Source: Catajapyx aquilonaris (lineage: Eukaryota). Taken from it: 64,000 nt of DNA. The DNA is taken from positions 62,001-126,000 of the forward strand of contig KZ537963.1 of the NCBI GenBank assembly GCA_000934665.2, given 5' to 3'. Below the pieces are notes generated by a model. It ran no database searches. It was given only the letters and a program-made list of their open reading frames with translations, and was not told where the DNA came from. Positions 26,101 to 38,732 of the stretch are shown here, piece after piece (position 1 is the first letter of the stretch; the number at the start of each line of letters is the position of its first letter). A program made the translations under genes and the position numbers.

Positions 26101-28434
26101 TCAGACTTTGCCCCACAGGATTCAACCATTTTGGTCCCAATGTATGTGTCGTGAAAACAGTGACAAACTGCTCCGATTGGGTGATTCTCCCTGTAGGAAG
26201 GTTAAGCTGTTGCTTTATCAAGGAAAGTCTGGCCTAGTTATTAATTAGTCCGACCCCGTGGAAAATTAGGTTTTGACAGGGTTATGGAATTTGCAAGGGA
26301 TCAGTCCCGGTGCTGCAGCTTCTTCGCCCGATAGACAGCCAGACCATTAGTATACCGGGGGAGGAAGCCGCCCCCTCCGAATTTCTTATTCACACTTAAT
26401 GTCTCAGAGTGTCACTCAAAATGCGGTCGTTAAGTCTTCATTAGGCTTCCAAAACTTTTCACGGTGGGGCAAAAAGCCGGATCCGTCAGTCTGACGACTG
26501 ATGGACGGACGGGACCCGCCTGGAAATGTTTCCCTGGAAACCTCGTTAATCTAGTTCACTGGGAGAAAAAAAGGAGAACTCGTTTCGTATAACAAGAGTT
26601 CAATTTTTGGCAGCGAAGTCACCTGTGAAGGCCCAGGAGTCTAAAAAAGCCAAACGGAGATTTGCCCTAAACTGTCATGGCCCCCATGTCATTTTGTAGT
26701 TTCTTCTCCCGCCCACCAGAGGCGCTGTCGCAACCCCATTGCGCAGGCGCAGAACGGGAGCCAATATACAAATGTGCAATTAATATCCAATGACATTAAA
26801 ATTTCATTTGCGGCACGTATTTGTGTTACACCCCACATAAACTTGGCTGTTTTTTTTAATGTCAGGCCCCTCATAATTATAATTATTTATAAATTTTATT
26901 TATGTGTTTAAACGATGGGCTGGCAGACGTCTTCTGTATTGATATTTTCGTTCAATCACACACACATGCCAGGACCAACCTGCGTAACGTCAAATGTCGA
27001 CCGCACATCCCCCAACTTGCATGAACCCCCATTGGCTTTCATTTCGCATAACGCCTGATATTTCGCAGATTTTGGCAATCCATCTTCCCCACCACCGCTT
27101 CCCTTCACTCATTTTTTCCCCCCCATCCCCCGCAATTTTTTTTTTTAAAGCCCCACCAACGTTTCGCCGACAATTCCAGAGGGAGGCACATAATCAGCGA
27201 GACTGGACTGCACATCTGCTGGCCTGCCTATTGCAAACATCCGTCATTCCAGGTTTGTGCCAGCTTCTCTCTACCCCCCAAAAAATTGTGAAACAACACA
27301 CACCAGAATCGGTGGGCATGTTGGCGGTTACACTGCCCCATTTTTTGTACGTGTGCCTTGAATCCAGGCGATGATTAACACGCTTGAATTATGGCATGGA
27401 AGTAACGAGATATTTCTGCGCGTACAGCCTGGGAGAGTGTATCGCTCCCGACACAATAACTCACCGAATATGTTGCTAAGTATGCGGAGACCACAAACCA
27501 CGTACTGCACCATCCAGCGGTAATAAATCTTGAAATTGTTTTGGCCCACTTTGTTCTTAAAGAAGAGGTCACATCCTGAATGACAAGTACATCTGACAGT
27601 AAGATGCATACGTGTAGCAGTAACCCCTTGAAAGTAAAATGGAAAAGCGCAATATTTGGAAGAGAGACAGAAAAAAATGGGGTAGTGCACTTTGGGCGGT
27701 GGTGCGTGCAGATGCCTTGAAGAAAACGAGAAAAAAACATTACGAGGAGTCCAAATGGAAGTTAATTGTACAGTATCGAAAAGAGAGGCCTTTGAAGGTG
27801 ATCCTTTGAACGTAGGGTACTAGAGAGAGAGGGAGGTTTGGGGGGATAGGGAGAAAAGAGGGTGGGGTCCAATTACAGGATGGATTGGATGCTTGGAAGA
27901 GGTTCCCTGCAGTACAAAGTGAATAAATGTATATCTCCCAAAGTGGTGGTTCTAGTAGCCTAAAAGTTAAGAGCCAATTGAACCAGAAGAGGAAGGAAAA
28001 CGTGCTAAAAGAGAAAGAAAAATGTACATGCGGCAGTGCAGTGGTCGGTCAGTGTTTAGGTTATTTCTTACATAGGCTTACGCTAAGCGACATGCAGATT
28101 ATATTATTTATATTATTTTTTAAATATTATTTACGTGGTTGAGATTCACATCATACAGTATGGATCAAAGTATCCTGAAAGGCAAGCTGCCTGCTGTACA
28201 TGAAGGGCTGAAAGTTTGCTCTGAATATTCAGGATAAGAATGTGCATTCGTGACAGGTTTTAATTAATATATTTTCGAACTTCACGTAACTATAACCATG
28301 GATAACAGAGGCTCACTGTAGTTTGCTTAAATTTAATGTACATCTACTAAAAGGAATCTAGTTGTAAGGATATCATCAGTCCAGAGGTTTCCATGATGTG
28401 AACAAAGAAAATTATTCAGTTTTCCTTCTAACAC

Positions 28435-28440
28435 TTTATT
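28435..28440 (-). promoter_or_regulatory. Candidate polyadenylation signal (AATAAA) of TMCO4, implying a 3' UTR of about 1.8 kb
   Basis: tttatt on the + strand at the end of an AT-rich, CpG-poor stretch downstream of the stop codon. Confidence 0.35.
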
Positions 28441-30277
28441 CATATTATCCATCTTCCAATATATTTACAACAAATACATAAATTATACCATATTTAAAAT
28501 TTCCACATAGTAAACAGATATTTTCATCATGTAAACAGGTAATGTCACATTTTCCTTGACAGAAGGCTGGTTCTATCCCCACACAATAAATAAATGGGAC
28601 AGCTCCAGTGCAAAAATATGGGTTTCTTTTTTTTTCTCTCTCCAAGAGTTTTACTGCAAAAGATATGATGGTAGCAGAAATGGGAAGTTCGGTACAGAAG
28701 TGTAGAAAGGGCATGACAAAAAATGGAATTGGTTTAATATTAGTCTAGGAGGGCTCATTGGTACAAAGCAAAAACCCTCCACATTAATTACATAATACTG
28801 TTTTACATGTTGCGTCGCAGTAAAATCCTAAGCCTACAGGAACTGCATTTTTGGCTTGCCTATGTCTGAAAAACACCTAATGAGGTAATAACACTGCTAA
28901 AATGCCACCAGACAAATCTGCCTACTTATTCCACGCAACACATAGTACTTCAAAATCATCCCAGAGCAGTTTTAGTGATATGTTTACTATAGTACAGAAG
29001 TAAGACAAAGTTACGTAAGAAGTATGAATTTATGATTAGGCTGTTCAAATGACAGCAAACTGTTCTCATAAAGAGTCTGCACCTGAGAGCCATTTGCGAT
29101 TTAATATCACCTAGAGAATAGTTGGCAGAACAGAAAAGCTGCGAATGGGCCAAACACAGAAGCATACATTTTCACCTCATGGATAATTACATACAATTAT
29201 TAAGTTTTATAACATACTCTTTGAATTATTGTTTAAACGACAAACTACTGATTCATAGCAGACAACTCAAGAGGCAGGATTGCATACATCAATGTTCATG
29301 TTGCCAACTACAACCTACAAGGTATGAACAGAAATAGCCATCAGGAGCAGGCCCCTCATGAGACAAACCATGGAACTAATTTCTTTCAATATGGCATCAT
29401 TTAAGCTCAAGAGTTTTGTTCTCCAAAGTTTGCATCCAGTCTAATAGTCTCAATAAATGTAGCTTTTTTTTATGAGGTCACTAGTTATAAAATTAAGTTT
29501 GCTCTATTTTACTTGTTTACCCAGAACCATCAAAGTTTGTACTCATTTCATGCCAAGAAACTAGTTTCTCTGTAAATGTACACACACTTTCCCTTCACAC
29601 ATTTTGACATCCAAACACTTACGTTATAACAATGATATGTATTTTTTTTCTGTTATCACCATCTGATATGTTCATTTCACCACAAGAATGGCGCAGCAAA
29701 TATAAGGTGTGCAAGTGCATCTCAAAAGCAAACATGTACAGCTTTGGATGATATGTGTATGATTTCGCTTCTGTGCATGAGCGTAAGTGGACGGGGGAAA
29801 AAGGCAAGCAGCAATCTCGTGATATGTCTACAATTGAGCTAACGTTACATGAGATAGCACTTTCTTTTTAATAAATTACCACAAGCAAAAGTAGCACTTT
29901 AACCCCGCAATTACTTCAAAGTCAGGGAGCTATCAAAATACTAACACTTCTCACACCTCTCTCTGCATTATTATATACCTAAAATACTTGGCTCGAAGCC
30001 CTCTTTTCTTTTATAATGATCAGTACTCCATGTCAGAGATTTGGCATCACTTTCTCAGCACCATTATCTTTTTCTCAAACTTTGGTATAAAGCAAGCTCT
30101 ATAGAAAAATACAATATCTACATAAATATGAACCCAAGAGTTTTAAAATCTTGCAACTAGGAAGCATCAATAACCTGATCCCAAGACTGCCTGCAATCCG
30201 ACTCGGTGACTCTCTTGCCGACGGTGCGACCAGAAAGCAAGACAATGGTGGATTCCAATACTCGATCAATCTATCCT

Positions 30278-30541
30278 TCAAGCATATTTGTCGCCTTCAA
30301 TTTCCTCTGCTGTGTCGAAAAATGCACGCTTGTTGTGTTTGGGACTGCTCGGGGTGGACCCGAAGGAAGAACTGCTGTATGTCATTCGGTCTATCTTTTC
30401 AGTAATGGCCGCAATGCTCTCTTCAGAATGAGAGTTTTGCCTCGACTTGAGCAAAGGTTGGGGACGATCTTCATCCTCTGGGAGCATGGTCCTGGTTAAA
30501 ACGCTGTCTGATTTGGAACTGCGAAGGAGTGCACCAATATG
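30278..30541 (-). CDS. TMCO4: Probable TMCO4 last coding exon (HIGALLRSSKSDS...EGDKYA*)
   Basis: Strong tttttcattttccacag acceptor; phase-0 frame open to TGA at 30278-30280; Ser-rich tail without recognised homology. Confidence 0.7.
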   Translation of the reverse strand, partial: HIGALLRSSKSDSVLTRTMLPEDEDRPQPLLKSRQNSHSEESIAAITEKIDRMTYSSSSFGSTPSSPKHNKRAFFDTAEEIEGDKYA

Positions 30542-33500
30542 CTGTGGAAAATGAAAAAGTTAAAGTGGAATATTGTAGCCACCATTTCAAAATAAGATGC
30601 CCTGAATATAAGGCATGCCACTTAAAATTAACCTGACATCTTCTAGTATCAAGTTGTTCAAGTGAAGGGGGGGGATTTTATTTTTAAAAAGTCGGGTCAT
30701 TTTTAAGTTAAAAATTATCAAATTTGTTCCACGCTTCCAACTCCCACCTGATTTTGTGGTATACTTATAAATAGCAAAAATCTGAGCAAAAACCTGAGCA
30801 AAAACCATAGTTTATAATAATCCATTCACTGCAATTTTTTTCTAAATTCCACATAAGTTGCAACATCTATTTACCAATAAATATGCAAAATAGTGGTAAC
30901 AGGTATGGTATTAACACATGTTACTGTGCATTTGAAAAATGTACTTTACAAACTGAGAACTGCAACAGTACATGTTGTTCAAACAGGATAATGTGATGCA
31001 TGTGTATTATTTCCTCTGCTAAACCACGTACCCCATTTTTAGTTGACAAACCAGTAGAAGGGAAGTCCGAAAGTGACTTGCGAACATGAGAATCCAGGTC
31101 AGGGACCTCATCACGGGTACGAACACCAATAACCTTCAAAATGGTTTCCATCTTTTTCGAATAATCCACATGACCTGCAAGACACACTCATTAGTTATGC
31201 CAATCAAACCAATAATCACCTGTCCCATTACCAGTAACAATGTCACTGAGATCCACATTTATCATTCTCCTGTCATCCCACTTGATTGGCTGCAATCCCG
31301 CTATGTTGTATGATATAGCTGACGTACGATACAAGAACTTCAGCAGCCAGTCAGTGCTGCAAAGATAAAGGCAGTGCAATATTTCTACGGATTCATCATT
31401 AGCTATTTAGAAAAGTTGCACTATCAAGAGGCAGCAAATGATGACCTCTCATTCGGATGACTGAGAAACAATTAATACACAAGACTCTGCATGTTCATGT
31501 AGCCACGAAGTGTTGCTGCTGCCTGCACATGTTGCGTGCTATTGTCATAATATCCGTAATGAATTTAAACCATCAAAATAGCCCAGGCAATTGGAAACTC
31601 GACCATGCTAGTTAATCATAATGAAATGTGGCCATAAAAAAGTGTGTTGGTGGTCCACATAAATTGATCATCTATATATCAAATTAAAGAGCTACATTTG
31701 AATTTAATTGCTGATTTAAAACTACCAATTCGTATAATACTAATAGTTAGATAATAACCTGCAAGTTTGATTCTTTCAAAATACAGATTTGGCCTCATGT
31801 TTCAGCCTGATAGCAACCAAAAGCTTTCAAAATTCAACATTAAAAGCCTATGTGGCTCCAGTTGGAATGAAAGCAGGTGTCATTAAATTACTGACAAATG
31901 AAATGCAGAGTCAATTACCACTAAATGACAAATGCTGATTAGTCATGGAAATGTCACTGGTGGCTGAAATGATGTGTATGTGGGGTTCAATAGTTGGCAG
32001 TCAATTCCCTAAGCTTCAGCACAGTAATCCAAAAGGCATAATAACATATCAATCACATCATGCAAGAGTCGCTGCTTTTTATTTCATTTACCCACTTAAT
32101 AAGGTGATGTATTTTGTGTAAGAACACATTTCGATGTTCATAGAGCAATAAAATTGGCATTCCAATAATTTCTCCCATCAAACAGCAAATCCATTTAACA
32201 CATTTCAACAAATTTAGAGTAAAATTAAGTTCCTTTTCTGTTAGAAATTATGCTTTTGATGGACAGTAGTGGGTAATCACTGTCATTCATAATCATTTAC
32301 AAATTCAATTCGTGGTTATATCCACTCTGGAAACTACCAGAAAGTCTGCTACATTTGGTCTAGCGGACAGTCACAGCTCACAGTTATTACAAGATTTGGC
32401 ATCGGTTTGGCAATGAGGGAATGCAAACATGACTGCTGAAAATTTCTAGTTTGCCAATTCATATACAGATCACATTTGTGCAGCTTTTGACTTAACCGCT
32501 TGTCTACACATTGTGGGTCAGGCTGAAGGTCAAGAGATGGGAGGTCATACAATACAATAACAAATGCATCCACTTTGTGTATAATATAAAAGGAACAATA
32601 TGCCAGGACCATGTTCAATTCATGCAGTGGGATGTTTCTGCTTCCATAAACCAATAAAACCAAGGAACTAGCTGCGTAACAGCTCTTCCCAGTGGGGCTG
32701 GTGAGAGCCACTTGTGGCCGCTAGGAACGCTAGTGCGCTTGGAGTCATGTTGCAGAAAGCAACCACAGCCAGCCGTGCAATGTTTTGATGCTGTACTTGT
32801 GCTTTCAATCGTTTTTTTTTACAAAATGCCGACCATGTGTGTGGCTTTTGGGTGTTTCCTGTACAATACATACTACTCTTGGCCATTAAATTCTATAGCA
32901 CAGTAACAAACTAGCAGTTGTTCCATATTTTGTTGGTTAGGTGGCGACAGAGTCTGTCTGACAATACCTACATCTTAGGACTGGAAATATGCAATACACA
33001 CCAAAAGTCAAAATAGTTCGGAAAAATAATCGCTAGAGGTTTACGAACTTATACAATTGGGGTGAAAGGCTTTCATTGTAGTGATTAGACTATAATTATA
33101 CAGGGTGATCAAACTTTTTTGTCGTTTTAGTTATTGACAAATTCGGCCTAAGCTGCTTATATTGTGGCCCGTTCCCTGGCAACCCCGTCCGGCGGGCCAA
33201 TTCAAACATCAGCCCATGGAGAGCGCTTCCATTGTTGCCACTGTTTACAAATCGAGTGAGTGAGTGCGCAGGCAGAAGAGACCCGTCGCTGGGTCGTCAG
33301 CGTCACTCACTCGATTTGTAAACAGTGGCAACAATGGAAGCGCTCTCCATGTGCCGATGTTTGAATTGGCCCGCCGGACGGGGTTGACAGGGAACGGGCT
33401 ACAATATAAGCAGCTTAGACCGAATTTGTCAATAACTAAAAAGACAAAAAAGTTTGATCACCCTGTATAGGGTAGCTTAACACAAAACCTCAGGGAAACA

Positions 33501-36500
33501 TTTGAAGGCAAAATTCGACGAATTGCATTATTTTTCACAGGACATTCAAAGTGTTATGTACAAAGTGTTAAAAAGTTACGAAAGTGTTAAGACCAAAGTA
33601 ATAAGTACATGCAGATGTATTAGGCCTGCATGACATTGTAATGTCATTGGCCTGTAAATAGAATCATTTCTATTACCCCTACCAATTTTTCTCCTTGCAA
33701 CTGTTCAGTTAACACTGTTCTGACATGAAATGATCTGATTTTCAAGCATTCAAACAATATACTTTTCATCAAAGCAATAGCTTGATTTTCCGAAGGCACC
33801 ATATCCAACATGATTCTGTTCCTGCATATATTGATCAACTTGTGGGTCGAATATAGCAGGTGCTATAGAATGGAGCACATGGTTAGGGTTGGGTTAGGGG
33901 TACAACAAGCTACAAAAAAAATGACTGCTATTGTGCGATATCAGTTATATGAACCCACGAATTTGGAACACCCTGTATTGCTACTGTTTTGATTACCAAC
34001 ATCTGTCACGTTACTTTTTTGTCAACATCTGATGCAACTATACTAGGAGCAAGATAACTCATGCGTTTTGGGAGGTGGCTTGTGACCTTGGCAACCATAA
34101 TTAGCCCCGCCCCCTATTGAGTTTTTTGGATGGAATTTAGAACGATTGGTGGGGAAATATTTCCCCCCTGCTTGGTTACCAATTGCGTCAGTGTAAACAA
34201 ACTCATCTCACTCTTGAGGTTTTAGAACACCCTACTCCGACTTCGACCGGATTCGCGCTTCGAACCTTCTGTGTAAATGGCATTCCATGTCAGATCCAAC
34301 GTCGTAGCCAGGGAGGCTAGCTCAAGTCACCTAGGCAGATCGGAGACGGGAGAGTGGGCAGGCCAAGATGTCGGATTGACTGTGTGACTGACTGCCGGCT
34401 CTCTGATTGGCAGGCGGGGTCTTCTAGTCGAACTCGTTGCCCCCCACACAACCTTCACCTCCACGGAGTCGGAGTTGGATCAACTGTGTAGAGCCCACTT
34501 AACGCCCATCTACTTTGAAATTGAATCCTGATTGGTTGACCGGTAGGCTTAATTATGGTTGCCAAGGTCACCAGCCACCTCCCAAAACGAATGAGTTATC
34601 TTGTCCCTAGTATATGAGGAGCGGCAAAGCAAAACCCGCAAGATCCAATGTTGGCGGGAAACGAGTTAGGCATGGCATATTGTCCATCACATAGGGTGTG
34701 ATGCGGTGTTAAAAGCTGGTCGGGCAAAATGTGTTAGTTCCATAGTATATGAGCCCAAAAACTGTCGATTCAAGCAAATACCGCAAGATCCAGCAGCATA
34801 GTGCAAGCAAAACCAGCAAGATCTATAGAAAAGTTCGTGATGGATCTTGCGGGTTTTGCTTTGCTGCTCTTCATATATAGATCTGTCAACAGAGGGCAAC
34901 AGAGTGTGCATCACAGTGGCGCACAGGATGCAATACTGGAATCAAAAGCGATTGGTATGGCCATGCCAGTGTCTGAAATAAGTGTAACCTACAACAGATC
35001 ATATCGTGCTTACACACAGATCACTTCTCATTCCAGGATTGCATCATGGGCACCACACTCGGTTACGTTCTTATGTTGACCGATCTATAGCATGGTGTTG
35101 CTACACAGGGAGTACACGGATGGACATAATAGCAGTCCCTTAGAAGTTTCCTGGAGTGAGCAGAACAAGTGGCGATTTCCATTTGTGCTGCTCACACTGG
35201 AAAATTGCTAAGGGACTTCTATTATGTCCAGCAGTGTACACACTGCAGTTAAACAAGTTTCTCTTTGAATGACAGTGTCTATTTGCATGGGTTACAAAAT
35301 ATTGGTGAATTTGATGTCATACAACCCAACACAGGGCAGTGATGTGACATTGAAGTGGTATTATTTTATGATTCAACAAAATGAATTTCCAGCTCATGAG
35401 CTAGTCAACTCCCTACCAAATGGGTTAACAAGAAGGTATCCAACCAACATACCGGCAGTAACCATTGACGATCTTTCCGCACACAACATGCGCAAGTGGC
35501 TCCCAATCTTTTCCCCTTCCAGTCACAGGTGTTCCTAGAAGAATTGCATCTTGAACTATTCCCTCGCAGTTTTTCCTCTGAGACAGCTCCTGTCAAAAAT
35601 TTCACTTTCATTACAGGGTAGTTCCTATGTTAATAAATCGAAACCTTACTCTGAGGCAGTAATAAATGACTCTTGCTCCCAAACTGAACCCGATGAGTGT
35701 AACCGGTCTCTGGCCATGATGTCTTGCCAGCAGAACTTCGGCCAAATGCTTTCCAACTTCAGCTGATCTCCGGCAGCACACACCCCAGGGATTGTCAATC
35801 ACTGATGCCAATGTGACCAACGAGGCAGGCCAAGCAATCGCCGTGATTATTCCTGAAATACAGTAGCAGATTACAGGACATTGTGAAATACTCTTTTTGC
35901 CGCTTTGCCTGTCAGAAGGTATAGTGTGGTTTTATAATCAGATTTTGAACAAGAACTGAAACGACGGCAGTGTTACAATCAGTTTACCTGACAGAATGGT
36001 ATACTTGAGGGCCTCCTGTGCTGCCATGGATACTGCAAAGCTGAGCAAGTAGTCCATGGCCTGCCCCAGCTGGTACAGGTACTCCGATTCATATCTCAGA
36101 AAGTACTGTTCCCGGGATATGAGTAGCGTGCGCCACGGTTGCCTGAAATTGTCTGGGTTCTCATCCGACAGCCACCCGGAGACAGCAATGGCCACATGCA
36201 GTTGCGATCCTTCAGTCAGGTACTCGAAAGCAAATTCCTCCACCTCTCCAACTCTCTTCTTCATCTTGTAGCCTGTCAAGCCCGCCCCTGCCACTCCAAA
36301 CAGGGAGCCGATAATGGCCACCCCTGCAGCACTTCCAATGGCAGCAGCACTGGCACCACCCAAGAAGGTTCCAACACCAGCGCCAATCAGTGGGGCCGCC
36401 AATCCACCTGTGAGCCCAAGGACAGCCCCTCCACCAAGCGTTGCCAAACCAATGAGTGCGTACCGCTTGATTTTTTTGTTGCGCTGGCGGCGTGCGGCCT

Positions 36501-38732
36501 CCTTCTTTTCCTCATCCGTCTGCTCCTTCTGCTCCTCAGTCAGGTACTCCACTACTGATTCTTCATACAGTTCCACCAGATCTATGTCCACGCGAAGTAT
36601 GTAGGCCATGTGACGGATCAGGACACGCATACGTGCATCATACTTCCCTGAAAATGGTCACATTCGCAACAAAATGTTTGGAGCATTGTTATCCTGTGAG
36701 TCATCATGGGCTAAATTTCATTAAGTTGATCAAGTAAATAAAAATGAACGTGATGTAGGTATTTGTTGAAATTAGACACAGCTTTCCTTAGTCAATGACC
36801 ACAATGTAAAACACTATTCTTTTCCCCATTCTTACATTGTCGGTATTGCAAAATCATATAGAAAAACTTTAAAAAGGCGGCGCACGAGGCAAACATGATT
36901 AAGGATCATTACTTTAATTTAAATGGTCACTGGATTAATTATTTATAATGTAACGAATCACTCCAGATTTTTCTCCAAGTTGTAAATTGAGTATTTGGCT
37001 GCTAAATGAAACTAAACATCAATAGCTGAAGGTCAAGTAGCATGATAGACTGAGTAATTCTAGGAAATTTATTATAATAATAATTATTATTGTTATTATT
37101 ATTATTATTATTGTTATTATTATTATTATTGTTGTTGTTATTATTATTAACAATGTGCTACAGCTTTACAGGGGTAATGGAAGAGTCAGACAAAGACATG
37201 AACTGAATGGTGAAGTAATGCAGTAAGCTCTGGTACTATCTAATCTACTTACCAGTAGCCAATCCTGCCGTCCACATGTACAGCACAGAAAGAGACAATG
37301 CGTAAGCACCCCAGTGCATAACTAGTTCTAATAAAAAAGCTCACCCGACACCAGAACACAACTAACCGCCTCGAACAGCAAACAGAACCAAGTCCTCCAC
37401 TATGAGGATGAACTTCCCATCCAGCAAGGGCTCGTCCTTCAGCAGCACGACGTACGTCCCCGTCTCCTGTCCAGCCTGACCTTCCAGCAGTGCCATCATC
37501 ACGCCTTGCACCTGAAATTTACCAACCATCAGTCAAAGAAGGTCAACACTTTACATAAAATATACTTAAATAAGTGTGTTCCAAATAACATGTCCATTTA
37601 GTCATGAGGTCAAGCTTTAATTTATTAACAATTGTGATATTCTAATGCAAATGTTGTTAAGTGCTTAAAATGTGCTGTTATAGATTACATTTATTAGGGT
37701 GTATGCGTCATGTATAATATTGTATGGGCAATTTCCCTCTAAAAACGTGTCAACTTATGGGGTATAATTAATTAACATATATAAATCAAATTCATAAGCT
37801 ACCATTACCTGAAAAATTATCTAACATTCCTTGTGCCTCTTCTAATTTTAAAGTGAAAGATTTGCAAAATGAGTATATCTTAAATGAGGATTTTTGCAAA
37901 AACAAGAAGTAAACCGCTTCACTTTTTCATCTATTATTTAGAAAAAATAGTACAGAAAATTGTGGCGGTAGTAGGGAGAAAAAACGATCCTGGAAGAGCT
38001 CCTTTCAATTTTACATGGCCTTTGAACGTGACTTGCACCTGCACTAGCACAAATGATACTACGCAACACTCAGCTAAACTGCACTAAGATAAAATTCTGC
38101 TCGTCGCCAAAATAACTTGCGGTTTACTCTTGAACTCGAGACACTTTGCAGGGTTACGTCACCAACTACAGCACAAAGTAGGAAGGGTTCAGCCACCGGT
38201 TACTATTGATTACATGGGAGGGTAAGATGCTAGGACTCGACTCACGTCAGCGCTTTCATATCAAATGCAATTAACATGGCATTACATTAGCCTTCATGAG
38301 GAAGATAAGGAGAAGTGTATATAGTATATATAGTATACCCACCGGTGCTGCTTACTGCTCGATATGTAATTGCGCAGTCGCACACACTTTTTGTACCATT
38401 TAGCATACCTGTTGTGGTAATCCAAGGTGGGCCAGGAGCTGCTTCATGCATTGCTGTCCAAACTCTAGATCCCACGTGTTGTTGTAAAGATCATGTAGGG
38501 CTAAGGCACATAAGGCAGCATACGAGTAAACTCCAGCATCGGAGAGTAAAGTCTTCATTGGCTGGATTTCTGGAGCTGGAAATAGAAACCGCGCACAATT
38601 ACTATACAAATTGGTCCAACCAAAAAAGTTTGGAACGAACACTCCTATAGTAACGACTCCCTAGAGAATTTCCGTCTGGCAATTAACCTTACCGATCAAT
38701 GACAGTGGGTAAGTCATGCCATGCTGCGGCAT
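30278..38732 (-). CDS. TMCO4: Transmembrane and coiled-coil domain protein 4 (DUF726, Mil1-like alpha/beta hydrolase); spliced model join(38693-38732 putative,38409-38575,37367-37511,35988-36647,35650-35852,35453-35589,31232-31356,31032-31174,30278-30541), about 627 aa
   Basis: Translated exons carry the family motifs YSYAALCAL, GKYDARMRVLI, IGLATLGGGAVLGLTGGLAAPLIGAG, GSLFGVAGAGLTGYKMKKRVG, IDNPWGVC, GQRPVTLIGFSLGARVIY, DWLLKFLYR and GHVDY. All introns are GT-AG with consistent phases, and exon lengths sum to 1884 nt (628 codons with stop). The first exon/start codon is uncertain. Confidence 0.93.
31032..31174 (-). CDS. TMCO4: TMCO4 exon (GHVDYSKKMETILKVIG...)
   Basis: cttgcag acceptor after a 57-nt intron; GH.DY motif; GGG|GTACGT donor chosen for phase match. 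Confidence 0.85.
31232..31356 (-). CDS. TMCO4: TMCO4 exon (TDWLLKFLYRTS...NVDLSDIVT)
   Basis: tttgcag acceptor; G|GTAATG donor; conserved DWLL.FLYR and AGLQP motifs. Confidence 0.92.
33101..33465. mobile_element. Tc1/mariner-type fold-back MITE in a TMCO4 intron
   Basis: CAGGGTGATCAAAC...GTTTGATCACCCTG; about 163-bp near-perfect arms (33101-33263, 33303-33465); TA on both flanks. Confidence 0.92.
34043..34610. mobile_element. MITE with about 65-bp TIRs and a TA(TA) target site
   Basis: CTAGGAGCAAGATAACTCATGCGTTTTGGGAGGTGGCT at the left; AGCCACCTCCCAAAACGAATGAGTTATCTTGTCCCTAG at the right; TATA on both flanks. Confidence 0.85.
34615..34873. mobile_element. Mariner-like MITE
   Basis: TGAGGAGCGGCAAAGCAAAACCCGCAAGATCCA ... 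TGGATCTTGCGGGTTTTGCTTTGCTGCTCTTCA; TA flanks; an internal third copy of the TIR motif near 34805. Confidence 0.85.
34876..35089. mobile_element. Degenerate MITE
   Basis: TATAGATCTGTCAACA...GATGCAATACTGGAAT versus ATTCCAGGATTGCATC...TGTTGACCGATCTATA inverted arms. Confidence 0.7.
35115..35236. mobile_element. Short Tc1-like MITE
   Basis: CACGGATGGACATAATAGCAGTCCCTTAG ... CTAAGGGACTTCTATTATGTCCAGCAGTG; TA flanks. Confidence 0.8.
35453..35589 (-). CDS. TMCO4: TMCO4 exon (ELSQRKNCEGIVQDAILLGTPV...IVNGYC)
   Basis: tttttgacag acceptor; CG|GTATGT donor; in frame with neighbouring exons. Confidence 0.92.
35650..35852 (-). CDS. TMCO4: TMCO4 exon with the GFSLG nucleophile-elbow motif
   Basis: IITAIAWPASLVTLASVIDNPW...RPVTLIGFSLGARVIYYCLR; tttcag acceptor; GTAAGG donor. 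Confidence 0.95.
35988..36647 (-). CDS. TMCO4: TMCO4 large exon with glycine-rich hydrophobic segments
   Basis: Matches the 230-aa ORF 35938-36630; ttttcag acceptor; G|GTAAAC donor. Confidence 0.95.
37070..37149. repeat. (ATT/GTT)n trinucleotide microsatellite in a TMCO4 intron
   Basis: Directly visible. Confidence 0.92.
37367..37511 (-). CDS. TMCO4: TMCO4 exon (VQGVMMALLEG...EDLVLFAVRG)
   Basis: tttcag acceptor; G|GTTAGT donor; 145 nt, joins in frame to GKYDAR. Confidence 0.87.
38409..38575 (-). CDS. TMCO4: TMCO4 exon (PEIQPMKTLLSDAGVYSYAALCAL...HLGLPQQ)
   Basis: ctatttccag acceptor; CAG|GTATGC donor, phase 0; resembles the TMCO4 N-terminal region. Confidence 0.8.
38693..38732 (-). CDS. 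TMCO4: Putative first coding exon of TMCO4 (MPQHGMTYPLSLI)
   Basis: ATG at 38732 is open to a G|GTAAGG donor whose phase (1) matches the next exon. No homology support; the ATG at 38558 is an alternative start. Confidence 0.35.

Noticed and set aside
25745..26248. 167-aa ORF on the + strand
   Set aside because: Starts at a non-ATG codon, has random-looking composition, and shows no domain or exon signals.
36056..36737. Plus-strand ORFs overlapping the large TMCO4 exon
   Set aside because: Antisense shadow frames of a real coding exon.
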